Source of the DNA: Macrostomum lignano
Lineage: Eukaryota
DNA: 64,000 bases
Direction: 5' to 3'
NCBI GenBank assembly: GCA_002269645.1
Contig: NIVC01002888.1
Location: forward strand, 1-64,000
Under the pieces are notes generated by a model. The model was given only the letters and a program-made list of their open reading frames with translations, was not told the origin of the DNA and ran no database searches. Positions 41,209 through 62,122 of this stretch are shown in pieces. Every line of letters begins with the position of its first letter. The stretch's first letter is position 1. A program made the translations under genes and the position numbers.

Positions 41209-41444
41209 GTCGCTACTCTGGTGGTCAACTGACGGAGTGCTTTAAGTACATAATTCAAGGCAACAGCTGCTCCCACTTGATGCAATCCAAATATATTTGA
41301 TCACCAAATCTTTACTGGCAAATAGGCCTTTTCAAAAAATATATGTACCATCGAAAAATTCTCCTTAACTTCAACAATTTCTGACTTTTTAATGGCAAAC
41401 TGAAGTCAGTGCGTGTCTTTGATTTGAGCTTCAGCTGCAGGTTT

Positions 41445-42335
41445 GCAACCAAAATGCAACCAAGATGCAACCAAGATGCAACCAAAATGCAACCAAAATG
41501 CTACCAAATTGCAACCAAAATTCTACCAAATTGCAACCAAAATTCTACCAAAATGCAACCAAAATGCAACCAAAATGCAACCAAAATGCAACCAAAATGC
41601 AACCAAAATGCAACCAAATTGCAACCAAAATGCAACCAAATTGCAACCAAATTTCAACCAAAATGCAACCAAAATGCAACCAAAATGCAACCAAATTGCA
41701 ATCGAAATGCTACCAAAATGTAACCAAATTGCAACCAAATTGCAACCAAAATGCAACCAAAATGCAACCAAATGCAACTAAAATGCAACCAATATGCAAC
41801 CAATATGCAACCAAAATGCAACCAAAATGCAACCAAATTGCAACCAAAATGCAACCAAATTGCAACCAAAATGCAACCAAGATGCAACCAAAATGCAACC
41901 AAACTGCAATCAAAATGCAACCAAATGCAACCAAAATGCAACCAAACTGCAATCAAAATGCAACCAAATGCAACTAAAATGCAACCAAAATGCAACCAAA
42001 ATGCAACCAATATGCAACCAAATTGCAACCAAATTGCAACCAAATTGCAACCAAAATGCAACCAAATTGCAACCAAAATGCAACCAAATTGCAACCAAAT
42101 TGCAACCAAAATGCAACCAAATTGCAACCAAAATGCAACCAAGATGCAACCAAATTGCAACCAAATTGCAACCAAATTGCAACCAAAATGCAACCAAAAT
42201 GCAACTAAAATGCAACCAAAATTCTACCAAAATGCAACCAAAGTGCAAGCAAAGTGCAACTAAAATGCAACCAAAATGCAACCAAATTGCAACCAATTTG
42301 CAACCAAATTGCAACCAAAATGCAACCAAAATGCT
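41445..42335. repeat. 10/11-bp minisatellite (TGCAACCAAAA / TGCAACCAAAT)
   Basis: More than 80 copies; source of many spurious MQPKCNQ ORFs. Confidence 0.96.
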
Positions 42336-43737
42336 AGGATTCTAACAATGACACTTCGTCAGCATGCCTTTCAAAATTATTGGTGCATAAAAATGTCCTT
42401 AATTTTTCTCTTACTCATTGTTCGACTGAAATCAGGGCGAAAGCAAAAAAGCGGCTGTAATTGCTGCAGAAGTACGAGCATGATTGACAAAACACTCCCA
42501 GCGCTATTGTTGATTGGAAAACCAGTTTAGCAACTGGAACTGAGCGCTTTGTTCTATAATAAATCTGACTCTTAATGCATCCGAGTGAGACTGTCAACCA
42601 AAGATATGGCAACAGTTTCCATAGAGCGGATTGAACCAGTATGGGGTGGTTGATCACGTGACTGCATAGATTCTGTCGCGGCTAGTTTGAGTAGATGCCT
42701 GATTGCTGCACTCTGCAAAAAAATACATTCTTGCAGCATAGCATCATGTTCCTATCTTAAGTCGTAAGATAGTGACATAAAGTTACAGGAAGTGAAGAAA
42801 GAAACAAGCAGACACAAGCAGTGAAGCGACAGGCAAGTGACAGAATGTGACAGAAACTGATAGAAAGTCTCAAAAAGAGACAGGAAGTTTCGGTAAAGAA
42901 TGATAACGCTGAAGTTAGATATCGCAAGACACTGTGGCGCATGACAGAATAACAAGCTGATGAGGAGAAGCTGTTTTGAAGAGGATAAATATATAGGTGT
43001 CAAAGAGCATCACAGCCTCTATTTAAACAAAAATATTGAACTGGTTTACTTGTGAGTTGGCACAACTGCTTTTAAATGTCAGCGAGTCACCCTCCAGTGT
43101 ACTTATTCAGCTATTCTATTATTGTTTTGCAGCAATGCATGAGCGCTTCTGCTTGGTGTCATGCCAGCGCGAATCGGGTTGTTGATCGAGCAAGCCAATC
43201 GGTGCAGAAGCTTGGGATCAAAAGCCGGGGGGGGGGAGGCAGAAGCAGAGAAGCAGTTGAACCAATGGCAGATGGTCCCAGGTAAACTTTATCTTCCCAT
43301 TTTTGCTCTATCGGTACTCGATCGACAGTCTCTCTGGGTTATAAATTCCAACTGCAACTCTGTAGTACCTACGTGCTTAAAAGCCTGATTTATTGAATAG
43401 TGAATCTATTGAAAATTGCCATCTTCAATCTTCTGTGAATACTTTATTAGAAAAGGTAAGTGATTCAGCTGGTTTATTATTAATATTTACTCGTACGAGA
43501 AAAACAATAGCTTTGCAATTGAACATTTTAAACTTAACTTCATAATTTAGAAAATACTGTCTCGATGTTTAAACATTTCAATGCAAAGGCTTTGTACGCG
43601 TACGAGTATCTATCAAGAGGCTTCAGAAATTCAATGCGCATTACTCATAAAAGTACAATATGCAACAAAGATTAAGCTAGGAGAATGAAAGGAATCGTCA
43701 CTCATCCGAATAGCTAATTAAAATACAGTATAGAAGC

Positions 43738-44130
43738 CCATTAATTTCAAGCAGGGGTAGAAAGATAAGCAAATAGAGCGGAGACTAGCTAGTGTACATA
43801 TGGAAGCCAACCATTTAATTTCAAGCAGGGGTAGAAAGATAAGCAAATAGAGCGGAGACTAGCTAGTGTACATATGGAAGCCAACCATTTAATTTCAAGC
43901 AGGGGTAGAAAGATAAGCAAATAGAGCGGAGACTAGCTAGTGTACATATGGAAGCCAGCCATTTAATTTCAAGCAGGGGTAGAAAGATAAGCAAATAGAG
44001 CGGAGACTAGCTAGTGTACATATGGAAGCCAGCCATTTAACTTCAAGCAGGGGTAGAAAGATAAGCAAAGAGTGCGAATACTAGCTAGTGTACATATGGA
44101 AGCCAGCCATTTAATTTCAAGCAGGGGTAG
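43738..44130. repeat. 74-bp tandem repeat
   Basis: About 5.3 copies of ATTTAATTTCAAGCAGGGGTAGAAAG..GGAAGCCA(A/G)CC. Confidence 0.95.
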
Positions 44131-44335
44131 ACAAAGTAGACAAAGCTTTAAACAAAGTTAGAATGGTTACAACAATATGCGTGCTCTAGCTCTATCCAAA
44201 GCCAGCTAATTACTGTAAGATAGGATGCAAGCTCACACGCGTGACTAGTCAATGTCCAGTCTAAATAGCTCGCAACGCCAATCAGAGTCAAGAAAGGTAT
44301 AGAAATATAGAAAGATTACCTGTGTCCAACCCAGC

Positions 44336-47300
44336 ATGTGGCCAGTGTTCGAGAACAGCAGTCACGCCTGCGAGAATTCAACGATTGAGAACGACGAACA
44401 CCGGCTGAAGTATCCCTTCCTGCCGGCCTACCTGATGCTGATGGCCTGCCTACCGCTGTCCAACGCCACGCTCAGTGCCCTCTGCGTCTGCATCCTCCTG
44501 CGTAGGCGACGCTGGTGGCGCCAGCTCCCCAGAGTGAGCAGCCATCGCGTTGTCGGCGGCGGCAGCGTCATAAGCGCTGGCAGCGGCAACGGCGCCGTCG
44601 CCTGCTGTCGCTGCGTGCCCGATTTCGAGCGCCTACTGGTGCTGCTCGCCGTTACCGAGGTGGCCTTTCAGGTGAGCATCGCTGACATCAGGACCTGTCG
44701 AGCCTCACAGACACCATAGTCTGCAAAAATGCACCATAGCTCTCATCACACCAGCTGTACAAACACAGAAAGTACTCACCAGTACTCATCAGGTATTCAC
44801 CAGCCATTTTTCATATTGTAAATATTCAGGCGCACTCTCGCCCTCGCAATCTTGATTCGGAAATGAAAGAAATCTGAAACTGTAAACGGAATATGTTTGG
44901 ATAATTCCAGCGATTATCCCCTGCCTATCTTTGCCAGTTCGAAATTTGGCTTATCTTCAACTGAGTGGGTTCGCGTGTTTGTCTACTCTCCATCCGAGAT
45001 TCAAAGGGAGAATCTGAATTTTCGCTCTGAATCATCAAGGCTCCGTAGTGAAATTTAATGCTTTAATGCTGGTGATTAATGTTGAGCGAACAAAGTCGGT
45101 GCTGTATTTCCCTTTCTCTTTAGGTATTAGTCAGTCCTCTCGAGCATATTTAACTCTTTGAAATCAAAGATGAGTCACTTTTCTCAAGCTCGAAATTTTG
45201 TATCGTCTGAAGTGACAAGCAAGTATTTTGGTCGATTTTTTAAGGGCTTCTTTGGAATCCAGCAGCTGCTGACCTACTTTGTGGAGATGAACCAGCTTAA
45301 AACTGACAGCTCAATCGCTGCGATGATGCTGGCTTCGGCGCTGCAGTTCAGCTTCCTGACGGTTTCCTGGTGTCACGTGACTCGCAACTGGATCGTGGCT
45401 CTCATCGCCGTGTATCGCTATCGCATGGCCTCCAGCGCCAGCCTGGCTACCGGATGGTTGCTAGGCAACAAGCCGCTGTCCCGTTCTGCCCTGCTCTGGC
45501 TCACCAGTTTGGCCGTTAATCTGCCCAGGCTGTTTGAGTTCCGCGTGGTCGTGTGCTCGGCCTGGAATCAGGTATGTTCATAGATGGGGTAGATTGTACC
45601 TTTACAGCAGGTGGGGTAGATTTTACCTGTACAGCAGGTGGGGTAAATTTTACCTGTACAGCAGGTGGGGTAGATTGTACCTGTACAGAAGAAGGGGTAG
45701 ATTGTACCTGTACAGCAGGTGGGGTAGATTTTACCTGTACAGCAGGTGAGGTAGATTGTACCTGTACAGCAGGTGGGGTAGATTGCACCTGTACAGCATG
45801 TAGGGTAGATTGTACCTGTACAGCAGGTGTGGTTGTACCTGTACAGCAGTTGGGGTAGGTTGTACAAGTAGACATCCAACACTCCCACCTGATCGAAAAT
45901 CCCCAGGTGACTCACATCGACGACTTTCTCCACGCCCATGTTGGCTACCGCATCCTCTACCACGGCTGCCTGCTGTTCCTGGTGCAGAGCGGCGGCCCCA
46001 CAGTGACGGTGATGACCTTCAGCTGCCTGCTGGCTGTGGCACTATGCCGACAGCGCCGCGGACGTCTGAGACGATTCAGCAGCAACGGCGGCGGAAGCAG
46101 CGTCAGCACCGGCGGCGGTGGCTCCGGCGGCAACGGCGAAGCCGCGTCCTGCAATCGGACAGTCCTGGCGCTGAGCGCCTGCTTCCTGCTGTGCGAGGCG
46201 CCAACTCTGCTAAAGGTTGGGGTTCGAATCGGCGGAGGGCATGGCGTCAGGGTGCTGGGGAAAAACTGATCATTGTTGTGGGCAGCTGGCGCAACGCCTT
46301 CCCAACCAGCGCTGAGTCAATTCCACCCGTTCCGCTGACTCCCGAGCACACAGGCGCGCCAATACTGTACACAGGCCCGCACTCATGCACACGCTCCCAC
46401 AGGGTGTACCGCGGCTCTGACTGTCTAATCGTCAGGCATGTACACTCTCTGTGCCTTGGGTGTTGGCCCCTCATGGGTGTGAAGTCTCAAACGAATGCGG
46501 CCGCGAATGGAATCGAACCAGGGGTCGCGATGTGAGACACACTTTTAACCTTGAGCTGCCCTGCAACCTTGCACTGCTTGAATGTGATTCCAGAGAATAG
46601 GACTGTTAAACTCATTTTTTAGGTTATTCGCGAACTCAAGGGAAGGTGGACTCACTTTTCCCGATATATACCTTGATGTCTTTAAGGCATTTTTTCACTT
46701 AAAACATGCCTGCATTCTATAATAATAATATTACTATCATTAATGGAGAGATGTGCAACCGACAGCTCAGCCGCAGCTATTTGCACGGCGCATCTGCAGG
46801 CTGCGTACGGCTGTTCGGTCCAAGGACTGGGGGGTCGCCACACACACCCTCAATTACCCCAGCTAATGCTGGCACCCATTTTACAGCTGGGTGAACTGAA
46901 GCAATGCAGAGTTAAGTGTCTTGCTCAAGGACGCAAATGGTTCCGAGTGGGATCGGGAATCGAACCCGCGACCTTTCAGTTGTGAGTCCGATGCTCTAAC
47001 CACTAAAACCCCAACATGCCCGACATCATTGCGCAGGTAGTGGACCCGGCAACGACCAGCCTGCACGTGCTCGGATACGCTACCAACTTTCTCACCTGCT
47101 TGAACTCAACCCTCAACCTGTGCGTGTACATGCTCTGCAACCGGAACTTCCGGCTAAGCCTCGCCGACTGCTGCCACAAATGGCGCCAGCTGTGTCGTCG
47201 GTTTTGTCGGCAGCGTCGGCGGAGGCCGCCGCCGGAGCGGTCTACCGAGATTCCGACCACCCAGACGGAGGCGCACGCATTGGCGCGGAGGCTGCTGAGC

Positions 47301-47342
47301 GCTCATCCGACTGAGAGTCGGGAGGCCAAGATGTCGGTGTGA
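44336..47342 (+). CDS. Class A (rhodopsin-family) peptide-receptor-like GPCR, 4 exons, 425 aa
   Basis: Exons 44336-44671, 45245-45571, 45907-46215 and 47037-47342, all phase 0, total 1278 nt. Seven hydrophobic helices; TM2 [11 protein letters not shown]3 [15 protein letters not shown]4 [10 protein letters not shown]6 FLLCEAP, TM7 NSTLNLCVY, helix 8 NRNFR. Confidence 0.85.
45585..45850. repeat. 27-bp minisatellite (GGGGTAGATTGTACCTGTACAGCAGGT) in GPCR intron 2
   Basis: About 10 copies starting 13 bp after the donor. Confidence 0.93.
46290..46575 (-). mobile_element. tRNA-derived SINE family B copy in GPCR intron 3
   Basis: Minus strand carries B-box GGTTCGATTCC followed by GGCCAACACCCAAGGCACAGAGAGTG, shared with the 22.2-kb and 33.9-kb copies. 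Confidence 0.6.
46720..47012 (-). mobile_element. tRNA-derived CORE-SINE
   Basis: Minus strand: TAGTGGTTAGAGCATCGGACTC..GGTCGCGGGTTCGATTCCC (tRNA head with A and B boxes), then CCTTGAGCAAGACACTTAAC..CAGCTGTAAAATGGG (MIR-like core), ending in a (TAT)n tail. Confidence 0.8.
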
Positions 47343-47359
47343 ACTACCGACAGTCACTA

Positions 47360-48420
47360 CCGACAGTGACAGCGGTAGTGATGATAGTAGTTGATAGTGG
47401 CAGTGGCAGCGGTAGTGACAGTGGCTGTGAAAGTGAGAGTGACAGTGACAGCGGTAGTGACAGTGGCTGTGAAAGTGACAGTGACAGTGACAGCGGTAGT
47501 GACAGTGGCTGTGAAAGTGACAGTGACAGTGACAGCGGTAGTGACAGTGGCAGTGACAGTAACAGTAACAGTGACAGTAGCAGTGACAGTGGCAGTGACA
47601 GTGGCCGTGACAGTGGAAATGACAGTGGCAATGACAGTGGCAGTGACAGCGGCAGTGACAGTGGCAGTGACAGTGGCAGTGACAGCGGTAGTGACAGAGG
47701 CAGTGACAGTGGCAGTGACAGTGGCATTGACAGTGGCAATGACAGTGGCAGTGACAGTGGCAGTGACAGTGGCAGTGACAGCGGTAGTGACAGCGGTAGT
47801 GACAGTGGCAGTGACAGTGACAGTGGCAGTGACAGTGGCAGTGACAGCGGTAGTGACAGTGGCAGTGACAGTGGCAGTGACAGTGGCATTGACAGTGGCA
47901 ATGACAGTGGCAGTGACAGTGGCAGTGACAGTGGCAGTGACAGCGGTAGTGACAGTGGCAGTGACAGCGGTAGTGACAGTGGCAGTGACAGTGGCAGTGA
48001 CAGTGGCAGTGGCAGTGACAGTGGCAGTGACAGTGGCAGTGACAGCGGTAGTGACAGTGGCAGTGACAGTGGCAGTGACAGTGGCATTGACAGTGGCAAT
48101 GACAGTGGCAGTGACAGTGGCAGTGACAGTGGCAGTGACAGTGGCAGTGACAGCGGTAGTGACAGTGGCAGTGACAGTGGCAGTGACAGTGGCATTGACA
48201 GTGGCAATGACAGTGGCAGTGACAGTGGCAGTGACAGTGGCAGTGACAGTGGCAGTGACAGCGGTAGTGACAGTGGCAGTGACAGCGGTAGTGACAGTGG
48301 CAGTGACAGTGGCAGTGACAGTGGCAGTGGCAGTGACAGTGGCAGTGACAGTGGCAGTGACAGCGGTAGTGACAGTGGCAGTGACAGTGGCAGTGACAGT
48401 GGCAATGACAGTGGCAGTAG
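47360..48420. repeat. 6/12-bp satellite (GACAGTGGCAGT)
   Basis: About 1.06 kb starting about 20 bp after the GPCR stop; gives stop-free (SDSG)n, (VTVA)n and (CH)n frames. Confidence 0.97.
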
Positions 48421-49419
48421 TGGGTAAAAACAGTTCTAGTCAATTGCTACAGCACATGAGTTGCTAACCAACCTCAGTGACCCCAACCGCAATGCTCGTA
48501 CTTGTGTATTGAAGCCCGCACTGTCTAAACCTTATTTTTATGAGTTGCCCCAAGCCGCAACACTTGTGAATTTGTACTCCTGAATTGACACAACACTAAA
48601 AATTCGAGTTCAATTCATAAGTGCTTAATATGTTTTATTCTCGATGTCTCTATAGTTTAGCACTTGTTTTTGAAACGATCGAATAATAATAATCCAGTGC
48701 ATTAGTGTATCTTTCTTCATTGTTAAAACATTCTGATATCTATTTCTAAAGCATGATTCCCTGTTTGTCTGTCTGTCTGTCTGTCAATCAAAGCGACTTT
48801 TTATATTACAAGCACTTTTTTAATTTATTTGCCCCGTCTATTTAAAGTTAAAAAAAACTGAGACATGTCGTAGGTGGTCTCTAAGCAACTGGCTGCCCTT
48901 AGTGCATCCAGCACGTGACAGTCATCGCAAAGCTCTAAACGTTGTGCCACTTAGTCAATTTTCGATGCGAAGTCCAATAAACACTCAGTCCAAAAGGTCA
49001 GCAAGTTAGTCAGTAGCTGAATTCGTTACACGTGTTATTCGCACACCTGTAATTGTAAAAAAGCCTTGTAATTTGCTAGTCGGATTCGACCACACACGAA
49101 AATTGAAGGCTTTACTTGGCATAATTATATTATTGAAATTCTGCAGAGTTGAGACTAATTGTACTCCCTTGGCGCATTCATGCAGTAGGCCTCAAATAGG
49201 CCTTAATTAGTGGGCGGACTGCGACTGCTAGCTACATGTAAGTCAGCTAATTTTCTTTTCTTAGTGCGTGGAATTCCATGAGGTAAACAGTCGAATGCAG
49301 TCAGGCTGAAGCGTCCCTGAGTCAAATGTGTGCAACAGAGTTTAATACGACATTAAAGTTACTCCATTCACAACTATTTGGAGGTTTATTGCACCAGGCC
49401 AAATAAATACGTTTCTATA

Positions 49420-49810
49420 GTCTATGGTCGGGCCTAAGTAAGGAATAAATAAGTTCTGTAGTCTTTGGCCGGGCCTAAGTAAGGAATAAATAAGTTCTGT
49501 AGTCTTTGGCCGGGCCCAAGTGAGGAATAAATACGTTCTGTAGTCTATGGCTGGGCCCAAGTGAGGAATAAATACGTTCTGTAGTCTATGGCCGGGCCCA
49601 AGTGAGGAATAAATACGTTCTGTAGTCTATGGCCGGGCCTAAGTAAGGAATAAATAAGTTCTGTAGTCTATGGTCGGGCCCAAGTGAGGAATAAATACGT
49701 TCTGTAGTCTATGGCCGGGCCCAAGTGAGGAATAAATACGTTCTGTAGTCTATGGCCGGGCCCAAGTGAGGAATAAATACGTTCTGTAGTCTATGGCCGG
49801 GCCCTAGTGG
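49420..49810. repeat. 41-bp minisatellite (AGGAATAAATACGTTCTGTAGTCTATGGCCGGGCCCAAGTG)
   Basis: About 9.5 copies. Confidence 0.95.
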
Positions 49811-50170
49811 GGAATAAGTATTGATAGATGATCTGTTGATGTTCAAAAACTTACCAATGCGTAAAAATGCAGTCTATAGTTTGCATATATCCGTGTGCAA
49901 AACTTTGTGCCTATTTTCAAGGTTATGAGAGCTTCTGTTGCCCAGTGCATTAATCAGGCAGAAATCAATTGCGGTTTTCGGCAGATATAAACTTACAAAG
50001 TTTGTCTTTCATTCTGTAGCGTAGCCTGGATACCGGTAGCAGGGCACAAGATTGCCGAACAGAAGGTAATTTAAAGGGTAAGCTTTTATAATACAAGTAT
50101 TTTTATCTTTCTCCGCAATGACTTTACTGTTTCTCTAAGATAATTTAACAGAAATATTCGTTTCAAGCAA

Positions 50171-53325
<3,155 letters not shown>

Positions 53326-54029
53326 TGACTTGCAGCCAGACGACGCTTGAGTTGGAAGCTCCGAAGACTTTCACAAAGTTACAAATTTTAACCGTGCCAA
53401 ATCCAGCGCACAAAGGAATAGTGAAAATCTCTCATTTAGAATCATTCTGACGAGATGTTAAATAGCGCCTCCCAGCAAGCACATTCTCTCTCTCCTGTCA
53501 GCTCCATTGTGAGCGATCCTCTATCGCTGCTGTGCGAGCTCCTTCCTGTCTTTGAGTATTAGAAAAGAAATTTTCATCTGCCAACCCCAGCACTTCCTAT
53601 TATTTGCAATTCTTTTTTTCATTTTGACTTTCTCAATTTCCAACATTTCAAGCCAGACTAATGGGGCATATTCTAACTAAAGTCGTAGATGAGACCCACT
53701 TTCTTGTTTAACTAAAATGATGTATTGCCAGACCGACTTCCTCTCTAGCCTACCTTAAGTAGAAGATAGAGCGAAGTTCTGGCTGCATAAATGATTTTGA
53801 AACAAAAACACTACTGGAAACCACAGATTCTAGAATAACTGTAACGCATAACTCAGCACATTTGAGTGTAAGCTACTTTCAGTTCAGTAGTAAGTTAAAC
53901 AGAAACATTTTAATGTATTTTTAAAGCCAGAGCTTATTTATTGGCTCTTACCCCCCCCCAAGCTATTAAACCCTCAAACTCCTCATAGAACCTCTACCCC
54001 CGGCCCGCGACCTAATTTTATTACCTTCT

Positions 54030-54425
54030 TCGGTTGTTCCAGCCTAAATCTGCCTTGTACATTTCAGTGGCTAATGTACATTATGGCTGAACCAATTAGC
54101 AAGCTGTTTACGCCTAGCTGCAAGCTTGGGCTTCTAAACTTATCAAAGTCATTTCAGCTGCCTTATTCTTATAAAATAGCTTATGTATTCTTCTTTGCTA
54201 CTGAACTGAAAGTAGAAAGCTGTTTTGCCAAGTATAAATGCCAGAGTGGACCATCTAGTTATTCTAGTATCTGTGTTCCAGCCTAAATCTGCCTTGTACA
54301 TTTCAGTGGCCAATGTACATTATGGCTCAACCGATTAGCAAGTTGTTTGCGTCTGCAAGCTTGGGCTTCTAAACAATTATCAAAGTCATCTCAGCTGCCT
54401 TTTTTTCCTATAAAATAGCATGTTT
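54030..54425. repeat. Two-copy direct duplication of about 150 bp (period about 240 bp)
   Basis: TGTTCCAGCCTAAATCTGCCTTGTACATTTCAGTGG..ATCAAAGTCAT..CAGCTGCCTT..TATAAAATAGC occurs at about 54035 and about 54275. Confidence 0.85.
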
Positions 54426-56144
54426 GTTTTGTTTATTTGTTTACTGATTTATCTGTTGGGAAAAGCAACAAATAAATGGTGCACTTTAGAAGAATATCAG
54501 CGTAATGAATTGAGCCGAATTGAAGTTTTCCTAACTCCGGAAAGAAGGCTTTTAATAAGAATGGTGGAACTTGGACTCTACGTCAGTGAAGAAATGATCA
54601 ACCTGTCGCAACCAGAGCTCAAGAGAGCAGCAGCTACTATCAAATATTAAAGCGTGGGCAATACTTCACTGCACTGCCGGCTCTGCCTCTCACCGGGTCG
54701 ACTCTGTGTGGCTCAAAAGGCTCAACATCAAGTTGATCCAAGCTGCCGGTGTCACAAGCTAAGAACGCGTGTCTCCTTCACCAGAACACCCAGAAGATCG
54801 GGATTGAGATAGCTGAAAACAGGATTCGGAGCCAGATCATCTAGTTACCGCCCCAACCGGGACGAAAGACTCAAGCGAGCATGCCAACTGCATGCTGAAC
54901 ATCCGTCAGTGGCAATTCCGAATCGCCTAGATTAGAACGGAACACCTGGCCTATTACAAGCATCCAACAATTAGCTGTATCTAAAAGGCCATCTCAGTGC
55001 AATATGGCTCAGACAACATGCCTCATAAGAGTCAACTTTTCGACGTTCCGTTGGCTTGCCTCATTGAGCTCGATGGTGATTTAGTGGGCCAGATTGTAAG
55101 AAACAAGGCTCTCAGTCAAAGTTTTAAGAAAAAAAACTGACAAGGGCGCGCCTCTGGAATAGGATGCGAGCATAGGCCGCACCGCTAGAGTCAGCTAGCA
55201 GGCAGTCGACGACGCGTCGGTAAGTCGCTCGTCGCCGATCTTAAAGGCGGCCGGTCTCTCAACGGATTTACTAATTTTTGTTTACCAGAGAGTTTTATCA
55301 GAGACACCCTCGGTCAGTAAAAACATATTACGAGCGTAGATATATCTCTTCGGAAATTCGAGGACAATTCAAAATTATAGTTGCTAATGCGTGCTTCAAC
55401 GTAAATAAGCTTTCCATAGCTATGACATTTTTTATCCTCAGTTAGTGCTCTGGCAGTAAAATTTGAATTTGCTACTACGAGTAAAATTATCAGCAGTATA
55501 TACTATCGATTCGACAAGAATTGATTATTTGCATTTATTATCGAATACATTTTTCCCAGGTATCTCTCAAAGTCACGTGATAACAAAAACAGGCGGGAAG
55601 TGAAGCATTTTCTAATAGAGAACAGAGGCGAGGAAGCCAAAATTTAATTTCCGAAAGGAATCCAAGAAATTGAAAGTATTTGTCCGACTTTAAGAAATGC
55701 GAAGAAATGCTTCTGGATAGAAAGTCTTTGTGGTTCTAGGCGGTGCACTGAAAGCAGAAAGGAAATGAGAGAGTGAATTTCACTTTGAAAATGAATTCAC
55801 CTTTAGCTCAAAGAGAAATACGCATGCTGTTTGTTTGCATTCTAACCGTTGATAATTCTAATTAATGCATCAATTTAGATTATTACTTGTATTTGGAAAC
55901 TCTGAAGACTTTCATAAAATTACCAATTTTAACCGTGCCAAATCCAGCGCTCTTGATTGCAGAGTCGTACAAGCATGCTGCTTTTGTCATACGGTACTGA
56001 CTCCAGACTGCTTCAGACTCGAAAATTTAAAAGATATTTATTAATTTAAGACTTGAAGATTGCAGGAAAACTTGAAAAACCCAAATCCATGCATTGCGAA
56101 CAAGAGAGAAAAGGCCCGGGCCCGCTAGCTTGTGTCTGGCTTTG

Positions 56145-56430
56145 GCCTCTCTCCTTACTGCTCTCTCATTAGCTGAGCCAGATTGGTCCCCTAGATTGCG
56201 GTTTCGTCCGTCTAACTTCGACCTCTCTCTTTACTGCTCTCTCATTGGCTGAGCCAGAATGGGTCTGCCCCCTAGGCTGAGTTTCGTCCGTCTAACTTCA
56301 ACCTCTCTCCTTACTGCTCTCTCATTGGCTGAGCCAGATTGGGCCTGTCCCCTAGGTTGAGTTTCGTCCGTCTAACTTCGACCTCTCTCTTTACTGCTCT
56401 CTCATTGACTGAGCCAGATTGGGTCTGCTA
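56145..56430. repeat. 80-bp minisatellite, target of the LINE insertion
   Basis: About 3.5 copies; the unit is interrupted at TGGGTCTGC and resumes (CTAGGCTGAGTTTC) at 61613. Confidence 0.88.
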
Positions 56431-56522
56431 CTACTTACTTACTTACTACTGACGGGGGGCGCAGGCGCCGCGAATAGGCCGCGAGGCCCCTATCGCAACC
56501 CCAAGGTAAAAGAGCACAAGGA

Positions 56523-61402
<4,880 letters not shown>

Positions 61403-61918
61403 TTATCCCAGGATTGCTCCCAGGCGAGGCTCCGGCAGGCCCCCGGTCCACACTCTGCAAGATCAGGGGGCGGGAGGCCGGCTGCGGGCTTGGGACACAG
61501 GCGCCAGGTCGAGTTGACAGCCGACGCCCGAGCCCTCCCCCACAAGAGCGGCCCTCGAGAACCCGTGTGGTACCAGTGGGTCTGCTAATGGGTCTACGTG
61601 TGGGTCTGCTAACTAGGCTGAGTTTCACTTGTGCATATCAAGTTAAATGCTTGCTGATCATTCTTAAGCCCATATGCTCTTCTGGCCGCAACTCCCGAGG
61701 AACAAAAAGAAATTTTAGCTGCCAGATTAAATTTAAGTGACACTGCGCAGACAAACTTCTGAAAAGAGTAAACACTCTACTTTTCACAACTTTAATTTTG
61801 AGTGACATATCTAGTCACTTCTAGTAGCTGTGGCTAAAACTAAAAAGGCTCAGGCCAGTACCAATTAATGACAAAGTTAGGATCTACTACTGTATCTGAA
61901 GCCACCGAAAATTTTTGT

Positions 61919-62083
61919 TCAGTCGTCGACTCCGATAGACATCTCCGACCGACGCATCTGAATGCCGAGCACCATCTTCTCGGCGATATAGCGGTAGACG
62001 CTCAGCCAGGCCTTCTGAACCTCACGGGTGTACAACGGGCCCAGCTTCCGCTCCATCGCATAGTCTATGGCCGGCCAGAGGCG
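61919..62083 (-). CDS. Last exon of a globin (G and H helices); upstream exons not found in the window
   Basis: Acceptor TTTCAG then RLWPAIDYAMERKLGPLYTREVQKAWLSVYRYIAEKMVLG, a typical LG..T.E...AW..Y..I...M H-helix pattern; phase-0 junction consistent with the canonical G7.0 intron. Confidence 0.7.
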   Translation of the reverse strand, partial: RLWPAIDYAMERKLGPLYTREVQKAWLSVYRYIAEKMVLGIQMRRSEMSIGVDD

Positions 62084-62122
62084 CTGAAATGTTTTATTTG
62101 ATTCGATTTTTTTACTATGATT

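Noticed and set aside
41409-42345. MQPKCNQ-repeat ORFs
   Set aside because: 10/11-bp minisatellite artefacts.
46940-47012. tRNA gene
   Set aside because: No closed acceptor stem, and it is followed by a SINE core; treated as a SINE head. The same applies to 22105-22180.
47154-48467. Long (CH)n, (SDSG)n, (VTVA)n and (LPLS)n ORFs resembling metal-binding or SD-repeat adhesin proteins
   Set aside because: A 6/12-bp satellite without stops in most frames on both strands; it lies after the GPCR stop.
50020-50066. Possible plus-strand micro-exon (TAG..CAGAAG|GTAATT), and a plus-strand donor at about 55220
   Set aside because: Could not be linked to any neighbouring exon or frame.
53349-55950. 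About 55-bp segment duplicated at about 53355 and 55900 (GAAGACTTTCA..AACCGTGCCAAATCCAGCGC)
   Set aside because: Too short to classify; probably a dispersed repeat fragment.
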